The position numbers and the translations under genes are program-made. Positions 37,297 through 46,591 of a DNA stretch of 64,000 bases are shown piece by piece. Source of the stretch: a virus (Duplodnaviria > Heunggongvirae > Uroviricota > Caudoviricetes); IMG/VR virus record IMGVR_UViG_3300021400_000141, positions 64,001 through 128,000 of that record; one strand, written 5' to 3'. Positions within the stretch are counted from its first letter, which is position 1, and every line of letters begins with the position of its first letter. The notes under the pieces are model-generated. The model was not told where the DNA came from, ran no database searches, and was given only the letters and a program-made list of their open reading frames with translations.

Positions 37297-37976
37297 TGCT
37301 TATACTTATTTGTGGAACTGACATCAAAGCAGTTCAAATCAATGTTGGCCGTCCTCGTGCATTCTATGATTTGAAGAACTGTTATCTTGACCATCGTTAC
37401 TTCTGTGAGTTGGGCGGATTGTACAAGTTATGGAAACAGGTTAATACCGACATCGTAGGACTGGAGCATTACCGTCGTTTCTTCACCGATAACGACGCAG
37501 TACCTGGAACAATCCTAACCGAAGACAAAATCAAAAACATTCTGTCATCTCACGACATAATCATGTCGCTTAACCACCTGTCATCCCCAAACGTTCTTAC
37601 TTGGATGGCACAGGAGAAGCACAACCCGACAGCGAGTACGAACACCATCGTAAAGGAAATGCTATTCAAGTGGCTAATGTACTTGAGAGACTACTATTCA
37701 ACTGAATTTGTAGACTATACGATGAACCGCATGTTGACAGAGCGTAGCTACTACGGATGCAACATGTTCATTGGCAACAAGAGGGTTGTAGACGATTACG
37801 CCCGTTTCCTTTTCCCGACGCTGGAACGGTTCACAATTGATGTGATGCGACGTAAGAGAGAACCACGTCTTTACGGTTATCTTTCTGAATACATTATGGG
37901 TTATTGGATGGGATGGCGAGGATACGATATCTATTCGTGTTCGAAAGTCACATATCCTCCTCCAACACCGCTTTAG
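37296..37976 (+). CDS. DUF4422-family putative glycosyltransferase
   Basis: FCELGGLYKLWK, VGLEHYRRFF, CNMFI and RLYGYLSE motifs. Confidence 0.82.
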   Translation: MLILICGTDIKAVQINVGRPRAFYDLKNCYLDHRYFCELGGLYKLWKQVNTDIVGLEHYRRFFTDNDAVPGTILTEDKIKNILSSHDIIMSLNHLSSPNVLTWMAQEKHNPTASTNTIVKEMLFKWLMYLRDYYSTEFVDYTMNRMLTERSYYGCNMFIGNKRVVDDYARFLFPTLERFTIDVMRRKREPRLYGYLSEYIMGYWMGWRGYDIYSCSKVTYPPPTPL

Positions 37977-38836
37977 TTTTTGATGAACTTCACCACTTCG
38001 TCACCGATGAGGTTGAACTCGTCGTCCCAGATACCGATGACCTCGTCTTTAATCGACAGGTCATCCATTTTGTATTTCTTCTTGACCTTCGGTGAAACCT
38101 CGTAGACATTTTCCTTACCGAGATTTGCCTGTGCTTCGAACAGGTCGCTCTTGCCAGCACGTGCAACCCAGTTGTCAAGGATGTACTCGCCCCATTGGAG
38201 CAAGTTCCTGTTTCCCTTGGTGTCATCGTTCGGTGTGTCCATTCCAGTGTTGAAGGAAAGTATCTTCACGTCCTTCCACTTCGGGCAATCACGTTTGAGA
38301 CCAGATTCGAGAACCATGATTGGCGAGTTAGACCACATGCCACCGTCGCAATAGTAGTTTCCGTCCTTGGAGAGAACATCGAAATAGGTGGGAGCGGCAG
38401 TCGAAGACAGTACGGCAAACCACTTGTCCTGGTCGTCCTTCCTGTCCCATACCTTTTCCACGGATTCACCGTTCATGAAGGTTGTCGTGATGTAGGTGGG
38501 TTTAGTCCAGTCCTTGCACTTACCTTTCAACTTCTCTTTCAGGAGCTTCTTCAAGTTGCTATTGTCGTAGGTCGGGCAGCTCGGTTGAAGCCTCTTGTAC
38601 CAAGGGTACTTTGTGAAAATCTTTGAAAGGTTCTTATCGTACAGGTCGAACAAGTCGTACGCCTTGATGCCCTCAGAGAGGCAGGCGGCGATGATAGCAC
38701 CCGTTGACGTACCCGCATAGGCAACTGCAAGTTTGGGCAGTGGTTTTCCGAGCTCTTCCTCAAGCCTACGCATGAAATGCAGGGGACCGATACCTAGTGC
38801 GCCTCCCCCGTTGACGCTAATAGCGAATTTAGACAT
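37973..38836 (-). CDS. Patatin-like phospholipase
   Basis: NGGGALG oxyanion loop, GTSTG nucleophile, SSTAAPTYF, DGG; GAGGAG RBS. Confidence 0.9.
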   Translation of the reverse strand: MSKFAISVNGGGALGIGPLHFMRRLEEELGKPLPKLAVAYAGTSTGAIIAACLSEGIKAYDLFDLYDKNLSKIFTKYPWYKRLQPSCPTYDNSNLKKLLKEKLKGKCKDWTKPTYITTTFMNGESVEKVWDRKDDQDKWFAVLSSTAAPTYFDVLSKDGNYYCDGGMWSNSPIMVLESGLKRDCPKWKDVKILSFNTGMDTPNDDTKGNRNLLQWGEYILDNWVARAGKSDLFEAQANLGKENVYEVSPKVKKKYKMDDLSIKDEVIGIWDDEFNLIGDEVVKFIKN

Positions 38837-38858
38837 ATTTTCTCCTCGTTTTACCAAT

Positions 38859-38886
38859 AGTTTATGCCTACACACGCCTATAAACT
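38859..38886. promoter_or_regulatory. Divergent late-type promoters
   Basis: CATAAACT (minus, 38859-38866) toward patatin and TATAAACT (plus, 38879-38886) toward SprT. Confidence 0.6.
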
Positions 38887-38911
38887 TTAATAGAACGCAA
38901 TGGGGTAAAGT

Positions 38912-39736
38912 ATGAAGAATGAAAGGGTGATGTTTACGCCGACCATCGACTGGATGGGGAAGGCATATGACAAGTTTAACGCCATGTTCTTTAAGGGGAA
39001 GCTGCCCGACGACATTGAGTTCGGTTTTGTAAACGCCAAGACGTTCGGTGGAGACGCAAGGTACTGGAAGAACAAACGCCGCACCAGGGAATGCACGATG
39101 AAGAACCATGATTGGTACGTCGGTACGTTCAGGATAAGAATGTCCACCTTCTACAACAACATTACGAAACACGAGGCCGAACTGATACTCCTTCACGAGA
39201 TGATTCACATCTACCAGTTCTCGCAGGTGAAGTTCAGTGAGTGGAACGGAAGCGGAATACGTGGTTGCCACGGATACACTTTCACCGAATGGATTGACCG
39301 AATTAAGAAAATGAGCAATGGAAAGTACGTAGTCAACATCTATTGCAACGAGGGTGGATTCCCTACACACAAGTTTACCGATGAGGACTACATCAAGGCT
39401 CTTAAATACCACAGGGGAGAATTCGCACTGGTCATCATGCCGAAAGAACCAGACCCGACCGACAAGTACCTTGTTTGGTACAAGATATTCAAGAACAAGG
39501 ATTTGTGTGGAAAATCCATCCTTCGTGTGATGAAGAACTACGAAAACTCAAAGGTTTTATCTATATTTAAGCCAGGTCCAAACATCAAGGAGTACACCAC
39601 ATCGTTCTGGGAAGACCCGAGACACTCTGGTGTGGACTCTGGAGAATGGCAGGTAGGCGATTACAGCAAGCTGCTCAAGATGAGCAACAAGGGGGTTATA
39701 ACCATGAAAGGTTTCCCAAAGGAGAATAAAAAATGA
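38912..39736 (+). CDS. SprT-like zinc metalloprotease
   Basis: YDKFNAMFFKGKLP, LLHEMIH (HExxH), HGYTF. Confidence 0.85.
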   Translation: MKNERVMFTPTIDWMGKAYDKFNAMFFKGKLPDDIEFGFVNAKTFGGDARYWKNKRRTRECTMKNHDWYVGTFRIRMSTFYNNITKHEAELILLHEMIHIYQFSQVKFSEWNGSGIRGCHGYTFTEWIDRIKKMSNGKYVVNIYCNEGGFPTHKFTDEDYIKALKYHRGEFALVIMPKEPDPTDKYLVWYKIFKNKDLCGKSILRVMKNYENSKVLSIFKPGPNIKEYTTSFWEDPRHSGVDSGEWQVGDYSKLLKMSNKGVITMKGFPKENKK

Positions 39737-39999
39737 AACGCAATTTTTTGGAAGCAGTTCAGAACTCTCCAGAACTAGACGACCTAGACAAAGAGGCAAT
39801 AAGCGACCTGTACAACACTGTCTTCGGTGACAATACCCCAGATGCCAAACTTGTTGACACCGCTACGGAAGAACCACCCACTCTTGCCGAGTTCGAAAAC
39901 CTAGGTGAACACCAAGGCGACGACATCAGTGTAACAGAACAGGGTCTGAAATTAACCCAGACCCTTCCTGATGGAACAGATGTAACTACAATTAAGTGA
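39733..39999 (+). CDS. Small acidic protein with shared N-terminal leader
   Basis: MKRNFLEAVQNSPELDDLDKEAISDLYNTVF. Confidence 0.65.
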   Translation: MKRNFLEAVQNSPELDDLDKEAISDLYNTVFGDNTPDAKLVDTATEEPPTLAEFENLGEHQGDDISVTEQGLKLTQTLPDGTDVTTIK

Positions 40000-40000
40000 C

Positions 40001-40921
40001 CTATCTAGCCAATGTGATTCTTTCTACATTTCCCTTGTCACGGATGAACGGGTCCTTTCCGACCTCATCGTGAATCATGGCACGAGCTTCTTCTGGAAGT
40101 TCCTCTTCTTCTCCGTCATCTGCTGGAGCCTCATCGACAACGCCGACTGCGGCACCAGTTTGTGGATAGAATTCTTCCTCGCCAGGTTCAGGCGTAATCG
40201 GAATATCTTCATCGCCGTCACCAGGTTCACTCTCTCCATAGCACATCTCGTATTCCGAAATAGAGTCAAGGATTTCCTCGTCGGTCGGAGGAACATCCTT
40301 CAACTCTTCCTTAACATTGTCTGGGAATTTTTCCTCTTCTCCAGGAAGAGCTTGCTGCATTATGGATGCCCACTCGGCAATAAGAGGTGCTAGTTCAGGG
40401 ATTGCGTCACATTCGTTGCAGGTTCCCTTTCCGCTTGCGAGGTCGCTCAGGTAGTCGATTGGCGTGCGTCCAGTGATATCGGGGATGTCCCATACGCTGG
40501 CCTGACACATCTCGTCGTCCTCGCTCGTCTTGTACTCGAACACAAGCGGGTTTTCAAGCAACTTCTTCAAAAAGTCGAAATTTATTTGCTCGGTAGTCTT
40601 TCCAATAGCGTACTCGACCATGTTCATAAGAACGGTATCGCCGACAGAGTTCTTCGCACCGAGGTAAATCGGATTGATGTTGAGCAAGTCCTCAACCCCG
40701 TTGTCAGCCCATTCGTGGAGCTGCGTCGTCCAACGTCCGTCTGGAAGAACCTTCTTCATCATGAACTGTGCTGGGTTCTGGTAGAGGGCAAGGAGGTTCT
40801 CCCGTGAAATCGAAGGAACGTCACGGTTGAACGCACGCTGAATACCCTCGATTAGTACCAACTTGTCGGGATATACGTCTTTGAGCTTGTTCAGCTCATA
40901 GTTAAATCCTCTCTTATCCAT
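40001..40921 (-). CDS. Acidic protein with ankyrin-like motifs
   Basis: TQLHEWA, NSVGDTVLM and DITGRTPIDY resemble ankyrin repeats; E-rich tail. Confidence 0.6.
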   Translation of the reverse strand: MDKRGFNYELNKLKDVYPDKLVLIEGIQRAFNRDVPSISRENLLALYQNPAQFMMKKVLPDGRWTTQLHEWADNGVEDLLNINPIYLGAKNSVGDTVLMNMVEYAIGKTTEQINFDFLKKLLENPLVFEYKTSEDDEMCQASVWDIPDITGRTPIDYLSDLASGKGTCNECDAIPELAPLIAEWASIMQQALPGEEEKFPDNVKEELKDVPPTDEEILDSISEYEMCYGESEPGDGDEDIPITPEPGEEEFYPQTGAAVGVVDEAPADDGEEEELPEEARAMIHDEVGKDPFIRDKGNVERITLAR

Positions 40922-40932
40922 CTTAGAGCCCC

Positions 40933-41259
40933 TTACTTGCTGAAAAACATATTCGCAGCATCCATGTATTCGGGAACGGTAAGGCCATTCTTGTCGGCTT
41001 CCGCCTGGATATCAGTGTTCTCCTCGCCAACTGCTTCGGTAAGACCATTGTCGCACTCGCAGATACCGTCCTTGCATTCGCAGTTTCCACCTTCGCAGTT
41101 TCCACCTTCGCAGCCATCGTCGTCTTCAACATCAACTTCGGCGTCCATCTGGGACTCGAAATAGAGCTTGTGCAGCTTGTTGATAGCCTCGAACTGTGCC
41201 TGGGAAGGGCAAATCGTGTGCAGGTAGCTCTCGAACAAATCATTAGCTTTCATCTTCAT
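40933..41259 (-). CDS. Small acidic Cys-rich protein with shared N-terminal leader
   Basis: LFESYL...AQFEAINKLHKLYFES, then GCEGGNCEGGNCECKDGICEC. Confidence 0.7.
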   Translation of the reverse strand: MKMKANDLFESYLHTICPSQAQFEAINKLHKLYFESQMDAEVDVEDDDGCEGGNCEGGNCECKDGICECDNGLTEAVGEENTDIQAEADKNGLTVPEYMDAANMFFSK

Positions 41260-41289
41260 GTTGTTATCCTATGGATTCCAATTAAATAT

Positions 41290-41297
41290 AGTTTATA
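41290..41297 (-). promoter_or_regulatory. Late-type promoter TATAAACT
   Basis: Exact motif upstream of the 41259 start. Confidence 0.65.
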
Positions 41298-41323
41298 CAT
41301 CAGAAGGACATCATGGAACAGAA

Positions 41324-42004
41324 ATGCTAAAAATAATGGGAATAGACCAGTCGATAAATTCAAGCGGCAAGGTGATAATGACCCTCGACGAGGAAAAGAA
41401 CCTTGACATCGTGGATGTTAAATTCTATGGCTACCACCAGACCAAGAAACGCTGTTTAGAAACCGACAATATACATATCAGGCACCTGCCGAAGGACTGG
41501 ACAAAGATTGGCCTTATCCACCGAATCTCGTGGATTACTAGCTACCTCATGGAGGACACCGAAGGAGTCAAGTACATGTCGATGGAAGACTTAGCCTACG
41601 GTAAGTTGAAGCAGAAGAAAGTCGATACAAACTCGATTCTCCAGCTTGCTCAGGTGGCAGGCTCGCTCAAAGTGGCCGCATTCGACCGTGGCATGGGTGT
41701 AATCGCCTACAACATCGACCAGAACAAGAATTTTGCCACAGGAGACGGAAAGGCTGGCAAACCTGCCATGTGTCAGGCTTGGGAGGAAATGTTCCCGCAA
41801 TGGTTCCCAGAAGAGTTCAAGGGCAACTACCAATCGCCAGTGAACGATATTGCCGATGCATTCTGGCTTTGCGAAGTCCTCAGGTGCCACATCATGTACG
41901 ACCGTGGGTACGAACTGGACGCTACAACCAAGGGCCTCCTCGAATTTTCCACCAGCAACAAGTATGGAAGCCTTGTGGAAACCCGTATGGAAATCAAGGG
42001 ATAA
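41324..42004 (+). CDS. RuvC-like Holliday junction resolvase
   Basis: IMGIDQSINSSG, SMED, KNFATGDGKAGK and NDIADA RNase H-fold motifs. Confidence 0.8.
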   Translation: MLKIMGIDQSINSSGKVIMTLDEEKNLDIVDVKFYGYHQTKKRCLETDNIHIRHLPKDWTKIGLIHRISWITSYLMEDTEGVKYMSMEDLAYGKLKQKKVDTNSILQLAQVAGSLKVAAFDRGMGVIAYNIDQNKNFATGDGKAGKPAMCQAWEEMFPQWFPEEFKGNYQSPVNDIADAFWLCEVLRCHIMYDRGYELDATTKGLLEFSTSNKYGSLVETRMEIKG

Positions 42005-42022
42005 AGTTACAAAACAATATAC

Positions 42023-42058
42023 AAAAAGCCGTTTGAACTTAATTTCAAACGGCTTTCT
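42023..42058. terminator. Bidirectional intrinsic terminator
   Basis: AAAGCCGTTTGAA-cttaat-TTCAAACGGCTTT between convergent genes. Confidence 0.85.
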
Positions 42059-42080
42059 TGATATCTAAGAGCGAATTAGA

Positions 42081-44840
42081 TTAGATATTCACTCGGTCGC
42101 CCCATTCCTTAATCTTGCCTGGGTTCCAGTTCAATTCAAGACGTTTCCTCGGGCTGCCAGTAAGGTATCCAGTAATTCTACGGACACGCAGGATGTACTT
42201 GTCGAGGGCGTTACCGCACTTCGGGCACTTTCCGTTGATGACACCGTGGAAACCGCAGAAGGTTCCATCAGGTTTCGGAGCAATGCACGTATCGGAATCC
42301 ATAGTCACCGTGAAGTAACCCATGCCGCCTTCATACATTGCGTTCATTGCCTGTTCGACACCTTCAAGGTTCTTGCTGAGGTCGCCATCCATCTTGTGAT
42401 AGAAGATGTGGCCGGCGTTTGTAATCTCGTGGAACGGAGCTTCCCACTTGATTTTGTTTGCAAGGGTAGTCTTCATTCCGAACGGGAGCATGTGAGAGTT
42501 AGTCAGGTAGCCCTTACCCCACATGTGGTAGCCGAAGTCAGTCCAATACTTGATACCGAGCTTCTGCTTGCCGACAGAGTCGATTACAGCCCACTTTCCG
42601 TTATGGAAATACTCGTAGCTGTTAATGTACTTGCCCTTGTTTTCGAGCAGTTCAGCATACGGCAATGTCACCTGGTTTTCAGTAGCGATATTCCTTACGG
42701 TTATTTCTTCCAGCCCTTCAACATCGACGCTATCCTTTGTGAACAGCTCGGGTTCGAGGGCAGGGTTCTTCATAAACTGACGCATGTCGATGTTGCAGAA
42801 CCTTCCGCAAACAGCCTCGGCAGGAGTAGCGAAGCAAGACCAGTTCATGTGGGTTTCCTTCTGTGTCTTGTCGCAGAAGTCACGGATACGCTTTACCATG
42901 CCGTAGCCAAGGTCGAACACTTCTTCGTCCTTACCCCAAGTCTTACCAGTAAGGGCGAGAACGGCTTCGTAGACACCGATGTAACCAATGGAGAGGGTTC
43001 CCTGACGGAGAACTTCGGCGATGGTGTCGTGGATGTCATGAACCTTGTCGTCGGAAGTGAGATACAGACCCTGTTGCATCGTGAACGGGAAGTTCTCGTA
43101 GGTCTTCTTGGCGATGACATCGAAACGGTCTTCGAGGGACTTACGGGCGAGAACCAGCATACGGTCGAGCTTTTCGTTGAAGAGCTTGATGCGGTCTGCC
43201 TCGGTAGTAGCCTCAAGACGGGCCTCGACAGCGAGTTTCGAGAGGTTCAAGGTATGGAATGCAAGGTTGCCACGGCCAACTGTCTGCTGCGGGCCATTGA
43301 CGTTGCCGATAACCCTTGTACGGCATCCCATCGTAGAGACAGTGCTTTCAGGAATGATGCGTTGGAGACGGCCCTTACAAATCTGCCAATACTGACCATC
43401 AACACGAACTTCCCAACGAGGATAGATGTCGTTTTCGGAAGCGACTTCACCGTACTTTGCAACACGGTCGCCACCAATCTTCTTGACGAGGGTGTCATCA
43501 GTCAGCTTGAAATCGTCCTTGTAATCGTAGCGGATATACGGGGCATTAAACTTGTTGTCAACCGCAACAGCATTCGGGTAGAAGCGGCGTGCGAGACATG
43601 CGATACCATCCTTCTTCAAGTCATAGTTCGGGTCTTCGGGGAGGTATGAAACGCCCTTCATGTACTTGAGGATAAGAATCGGGAAGATTGCGGTAAGACC
43701 ATCACCGAGGCCAGCCATCTGTGCTGCGATAAGGTTTTTGGAAACGAGACGACCGCAACGAGAGGTGTCAAGGCCGAAGTTCAGAGAACTGAACGGAACC
43801 TGGTTTCCAGAGCGGGACTGCAACGAGTTGAGGTTGTGTACGAGACCTTCCATTGCCTGATAGGTGTCGTCCTTTGTCTTGATGTAAGCCTGAACGACAG
43901 CCTTCCTGTCGTACTTCTCGGTGATTTCCTTGAAAGGTTGGTTGAGGCTAAGGCCATCCTTTGCCATCTGGCTGCGGATAGCGTGGGCTTCCTTCTTGAT
44001 AGCCTTTTCGACATCATCCTTGTCGATGTCATCGAAGGATTCGTAGCTACAACTCCTTTCAGCCAACACCTTCTCGGAAGCAATAATCCAAGCAAGGTTC
44101 TTCTTGAAGGACATGTCAACATACGGAGCCAATTCAAAGTCAAGGTTTGCTGAAGCGATACCACCGAACTGCTGGTTAGATTGGAGCTGCAAGATAACGG
44201 CGGTGATAGATGCGGCAGACTGGATTGACTTTGGTGAACGGATGAAACCCGTACCAGAGTCGAACCCACTCTTCAAAAGTTTTCCGATAGGAGCAAAGAG
44301 GCAGTTGAAAGTAAGGTCATACAGGTTCAGGTCATGGATGTGCATGTAGCCCTTGGCATGAAGCTCTGCAATAGTCCTGTCAACAACGTTAAGAAGGTTG
44401 TAAGTCTTGTTGGTTTCTGATGCGATTTTTCCGTATGCACCTGCGGGTGTTGTACCAGATTCGTTTGCGTTGTCACGCAGGATGTTGGAACTTTTAAGGT
44501 CTGCGGCCTTAATTTCCCTGATGGTACTGATAATCTGGCTTCTCGATTCACGCTTGCGGGTTCTTTCCCCACGATAAAGAATGTATGCCTTGGCAACTTC
44601 CTTGTACTTGTCCTTGGACATGAGTACATCTTCAACAATGTCCTGAATAGTTTCGACGCTTACCGTCTGCTTGTCTGTCGATGCGTCTATTCTGTCACAA
44701 ACCTTGTCAGTAAGAGTATCTAGCTCTTTGCTACCGACTTGCATTTCCTTGTCAAGGAAGGCACTCGTAATCGCGTTGGAAATTTTAGTTGGATTGAATT
44801 TGGCTCGTCTGCCATCTCTTTTAATTACGTACTTAATCAT
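42081..44840 (-). CDS. nrdD: Class III anaerobic ribonucleoside-triphosphate reductase with ATP cone and two insertions
   Basis: VIKRDGR ATP cone, HIHDL, QVPFSSLNFG, IFPI, MGCRT, ATPAE, TNSH, CPKCG, RRITGYL. Confidence 0.95.
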   Translation of the reverse strand: MIKYVIKRDGRRAKFNPTKISNAITSAFLDKEMQVGSKELDTLTDKVCDRIDASTDKQTVSVETIQDIVEDVLMSKDKYKEVAKAYILYRGERTRKRESRSQIISTIREIKAADLKSSNILRDNANESGTTPAGAYGKIASETNKTYNLLNVVDRTIAELHAKGYMHIHDLNLYDLTFNCLFAPIGKLLKSGFDSGTGFIRSPKSIQSAASITAVILQLQSNQQFGGIASANLDFELAPYVDMSFKKNLAWIIASEKVLAERSCSYESFDDIDKDDVEKAIKKEAHAIRSQMAKDGLSLNQPFKEITEKYDRKAVVQAYIKTKDDTYQAMEGLVHNLNSLQSRSGNQVPFSSLNFGLDTSRCGRLVSKNLIAAQMAGLGDGLTAIFPILILKYMKGVSYLPEDPNYDLKKDGIACLARRFYPNAVAVDNKFNAPYIRYDYKDDFKLTDDTLVKKIGGDRVAKYGEVASENDIYPRWEVRVDGQYWQICKGRLQRIIPESTVSTMGCRTRVIGNVNGPQQTVGRGNLAFHTLNLSKLAVEARLEATTEADRIKLFNEKLDRMLVLARKSLEDRFDVIAKKTYENFPFTMQQGLYLTSDDKVHDIHDTIAEVLRQGTLSIGYIGVYEAVLALTGKTWGKDEEVFDLGYGMVKRIRDFCDKTQKETHMNWSCFATPAEAVCGRFCNIDMRQFMKNPALEPELFTKDSVDVEGLEEITVRNIATENQVTLPYAELLENKGKYINSYEYFHNGKWAVIDSVGKQKLGIKYWTDFGYHMWGKGYLTNSHMLPFGMKTTLANKIKWEAPFHEITNAGHIFYHKMDGDLSKNLEGVEQAMNAMYEGGMGYFTVTMDSDTCIAPKPDGTFCGFHGVINGKCPKCGNALDKYILRVRRITGYLTGSPRKRLELNWNPGKIKEWGDRVNI

Positions 44841-44864
44841 ATCTATTCCTTAATGTGTGCATGT

Positions 44865-44872
44865 AGTTTATA
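44865..44872 (-). promoter_or_regulatory. Late-type promoter TATAAACT upstream of nrdD
   Basis: Exact motif 25 nt upstream of the ATG. Confidence 0.55.
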
Positions 44873-44955
44873 GTAATTATAGACCTACCAGCTACATGTT
44901 TTTGGTGCATTTTCAAACTTGTCAAATTTGCCAATTTTTTGACAAATCACACAGT

Positions 44956-44983
44956 AAAAACCTAGTTAAATCTAACTAGGTTT
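44956..44983 (-). terminator. Intrinsic terminator
   Basis: AACCTAGTTA-aatc-TAACTAGGTT with T-tract on the minus strand. Confidence 0.75.
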
Positions 44984-44998
44984 CAAAGCGTGATACGC

Positions 44999-46591
44999 CT
45001 ACTCATCGTTCAAACACCCCTTGTCAAAGTATCCGTTCTTGGTCTTCATATTGGCATACTTGATTGACATTATGCGGTCCTTAATTCGAGAAGCGAGTTC
45101 GTCAATAAGTGCCTCACCTTCAGTATCGGACAGGTAGATGATGTCGTCGATGATACCAGCGATGTGAGCGTGCGTGAAGTTTGCCTTTATGCACTCATTC
45201 ATGCACGCGACAAATTTTTCATTGTTCATATTGAACTCGGACGGCATGGGTCGGTCTGCCCTGACATACCTCATGCTAATCACGTCGTAAACGATAGCAA
45301 CGCTGTCTGGGTTCTTGATGTAGATAATCTTGTCAATGCGGCCGGGCCTAGACTTGATTGATGAATGCACTCGTGTAGGCTCGTTGACGGTCATGATGAC
45401 AATTCCGTTGTACGCAAGGTTGTCATCCTTGCAGTCCATACATTCGATGAACGCAGTGGTCTTGTCCGACTTGGCCGTGAGGTCCAAAGCATCAACGTCG
45501 TCAAACACGCAGATGGACTTCGGGAAGTAGTGCAGGGTCTTGAACACCTCGTGGATAGCCGTGTAGGAACTAAGCGACGAACTGTCAACCCAGAACACAG
45601 GAAGGTCAGTGAACTGTTCCAACAGCTTCTGTATGGACTCGGTCTTACCAGTTCCAGGGTCGCCCATGAAGAGGTATCCACGGCGTCTTCCGTGTTTGAG
45701 ACACTTCTTCATTTCGGTAATAATCGACTCCTTGTCGAAGTTGTTGATGTTGAAAGGAACGATGCGTCTTGTCGTGGCCCTGAGGTCACCATACGGGTCG
45801 AGCTTCACGAAGTTGCTGCATACATCCAAACTATTGACATAATTCTGCAATGCAACCATGAGCATTGAACGGTAGATGTCAAAGCATCCGTCACCGTTGT
45901 TTTCAAGCTTGTCGATATACGGGCTGTTGTCACCGTTCATGTTCATCGCCACAAGGAAAGTGCCCTTGGACGGAAGGTTCAGCGTCTTTCCAGACGTATC
46001 GGTGGTGTTGAAGTAGGAGCAGTGGACAAAGATTTCCATGCCTACGCCACATTCCACATCTCCCGTGTATTCGAGAAGGTAGTTTACGGACACGTCATGA
46101 CCGCCGCTCTTGGACTTTGGCTCGTACTCCATCTTCTTGATTTTGAACGCACCGCTTTCGGATATCTTCTTGATATTCTCTGCGAAAGTCCTGATAATAT
46201 CGGAGTTGATGCTGGCATCGTTGATGAACAGTTCGTCAACACTCGGGGCATGCACCCACTTTAGGATATAGTCGTACTGGTTGCTTGCGATACGGGTTTC
46301 CTTCGTCAGGACTTCTTCCACACTCGACAGGAACTTGTTCGATGACATCGTTATTTGTCCGAGGTCAACCAGTTTCCTGTATATGGTTCCCCTAGAGGAC
46401 GCCGCATGCAGGACGGACAACAGGTCGGTCAGGTTGTCGTTAATCATCCCCTTGATGTTCCCGACATTGTCGTGGAATACGTGCCTGACCCATTTTAGCT
46501 TGTCACGCCACCCGAACTTCTTCCATTCGTCCAGCGTCTTGAAATCTACTTTAATTATCGGTGTTGGTCTTTCGTTATTATTAGTCGCCAT
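44999..46591 (-). CDS. AAA+ ATPase with large N-terminal domain
   Basis: RRGYLFMGDPGTGKT, VFDDVD, MTVN and RPGRID (SRH) motifs. Confidence 0.85.
   Translation of the reverse strand: MATNNNERPTPIIKVDFKTLDEWKKFGWRDKLKWVRHVFHDNVGNIKGMINDNLTDLLSVLHAASSRGTIYRKLVDLGQITMSSNKFLSSVEEVLTKETRIASNQYDYILKWVHAPSVDELFINDASINSDIIRTFAENIKKISESGAFKIKKMEYEPKSKSGGHDVSVNYLLEYTGDVECGVGMEIFVHCSYFNTTDTSGKTLNLPSKGTFLVAMNMNGDNSPYIDKLENNGDGCFDIYRSMLMVALQNYVNSLDVCSNFVKLDPYGDLRATTRRIVPFNINNFDKESIITEMKKCLKHGRRRGYLFMGDPGTGKTESIQKLLEQFTDLPVFWVDSSSLSSYTAIHEVFKTLHYFPKSICVFDDVDALDLTAKSDKTTAFIECMDCKDDNLAYNGIVIMTVNEPTRVHSSIKSRPGRIDKIIYIKNPDSVAIVYDVISMRYVRADRPMPSEFNMNNEKFVACMNECIKANFTHAHIAGIIDDIIYLSDTEGEALIDELASRIKDRIMSIKYANMKTKNGYFDKGCLNDE

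Noticed and set aside
37973-38836. A CBASS operon
   Set aside because: Patatin is present but no CD-NTase or Cap2/Cap3 genes are adjacent
38837-39412. Apparent 190-aa N-terminal extension of the patatin ORF
   Set aside because: Overlaps the SprT gene on the other strand; the real start is ATG 38836 with a GAGGAG RBS
42246-43649. 467-aa plus-strand ORF inside nrdD
   Set aside because: Antisense shadow of a highly biased gene
44885-44946. Possible NrdR box or operator (TTGTCAAA...TTTGACAA inverted repeat) upstream of nrdD
   Set aside because: Poor match to the NrdR consensus and a single occurrence; could be chance in AT-rich DNA
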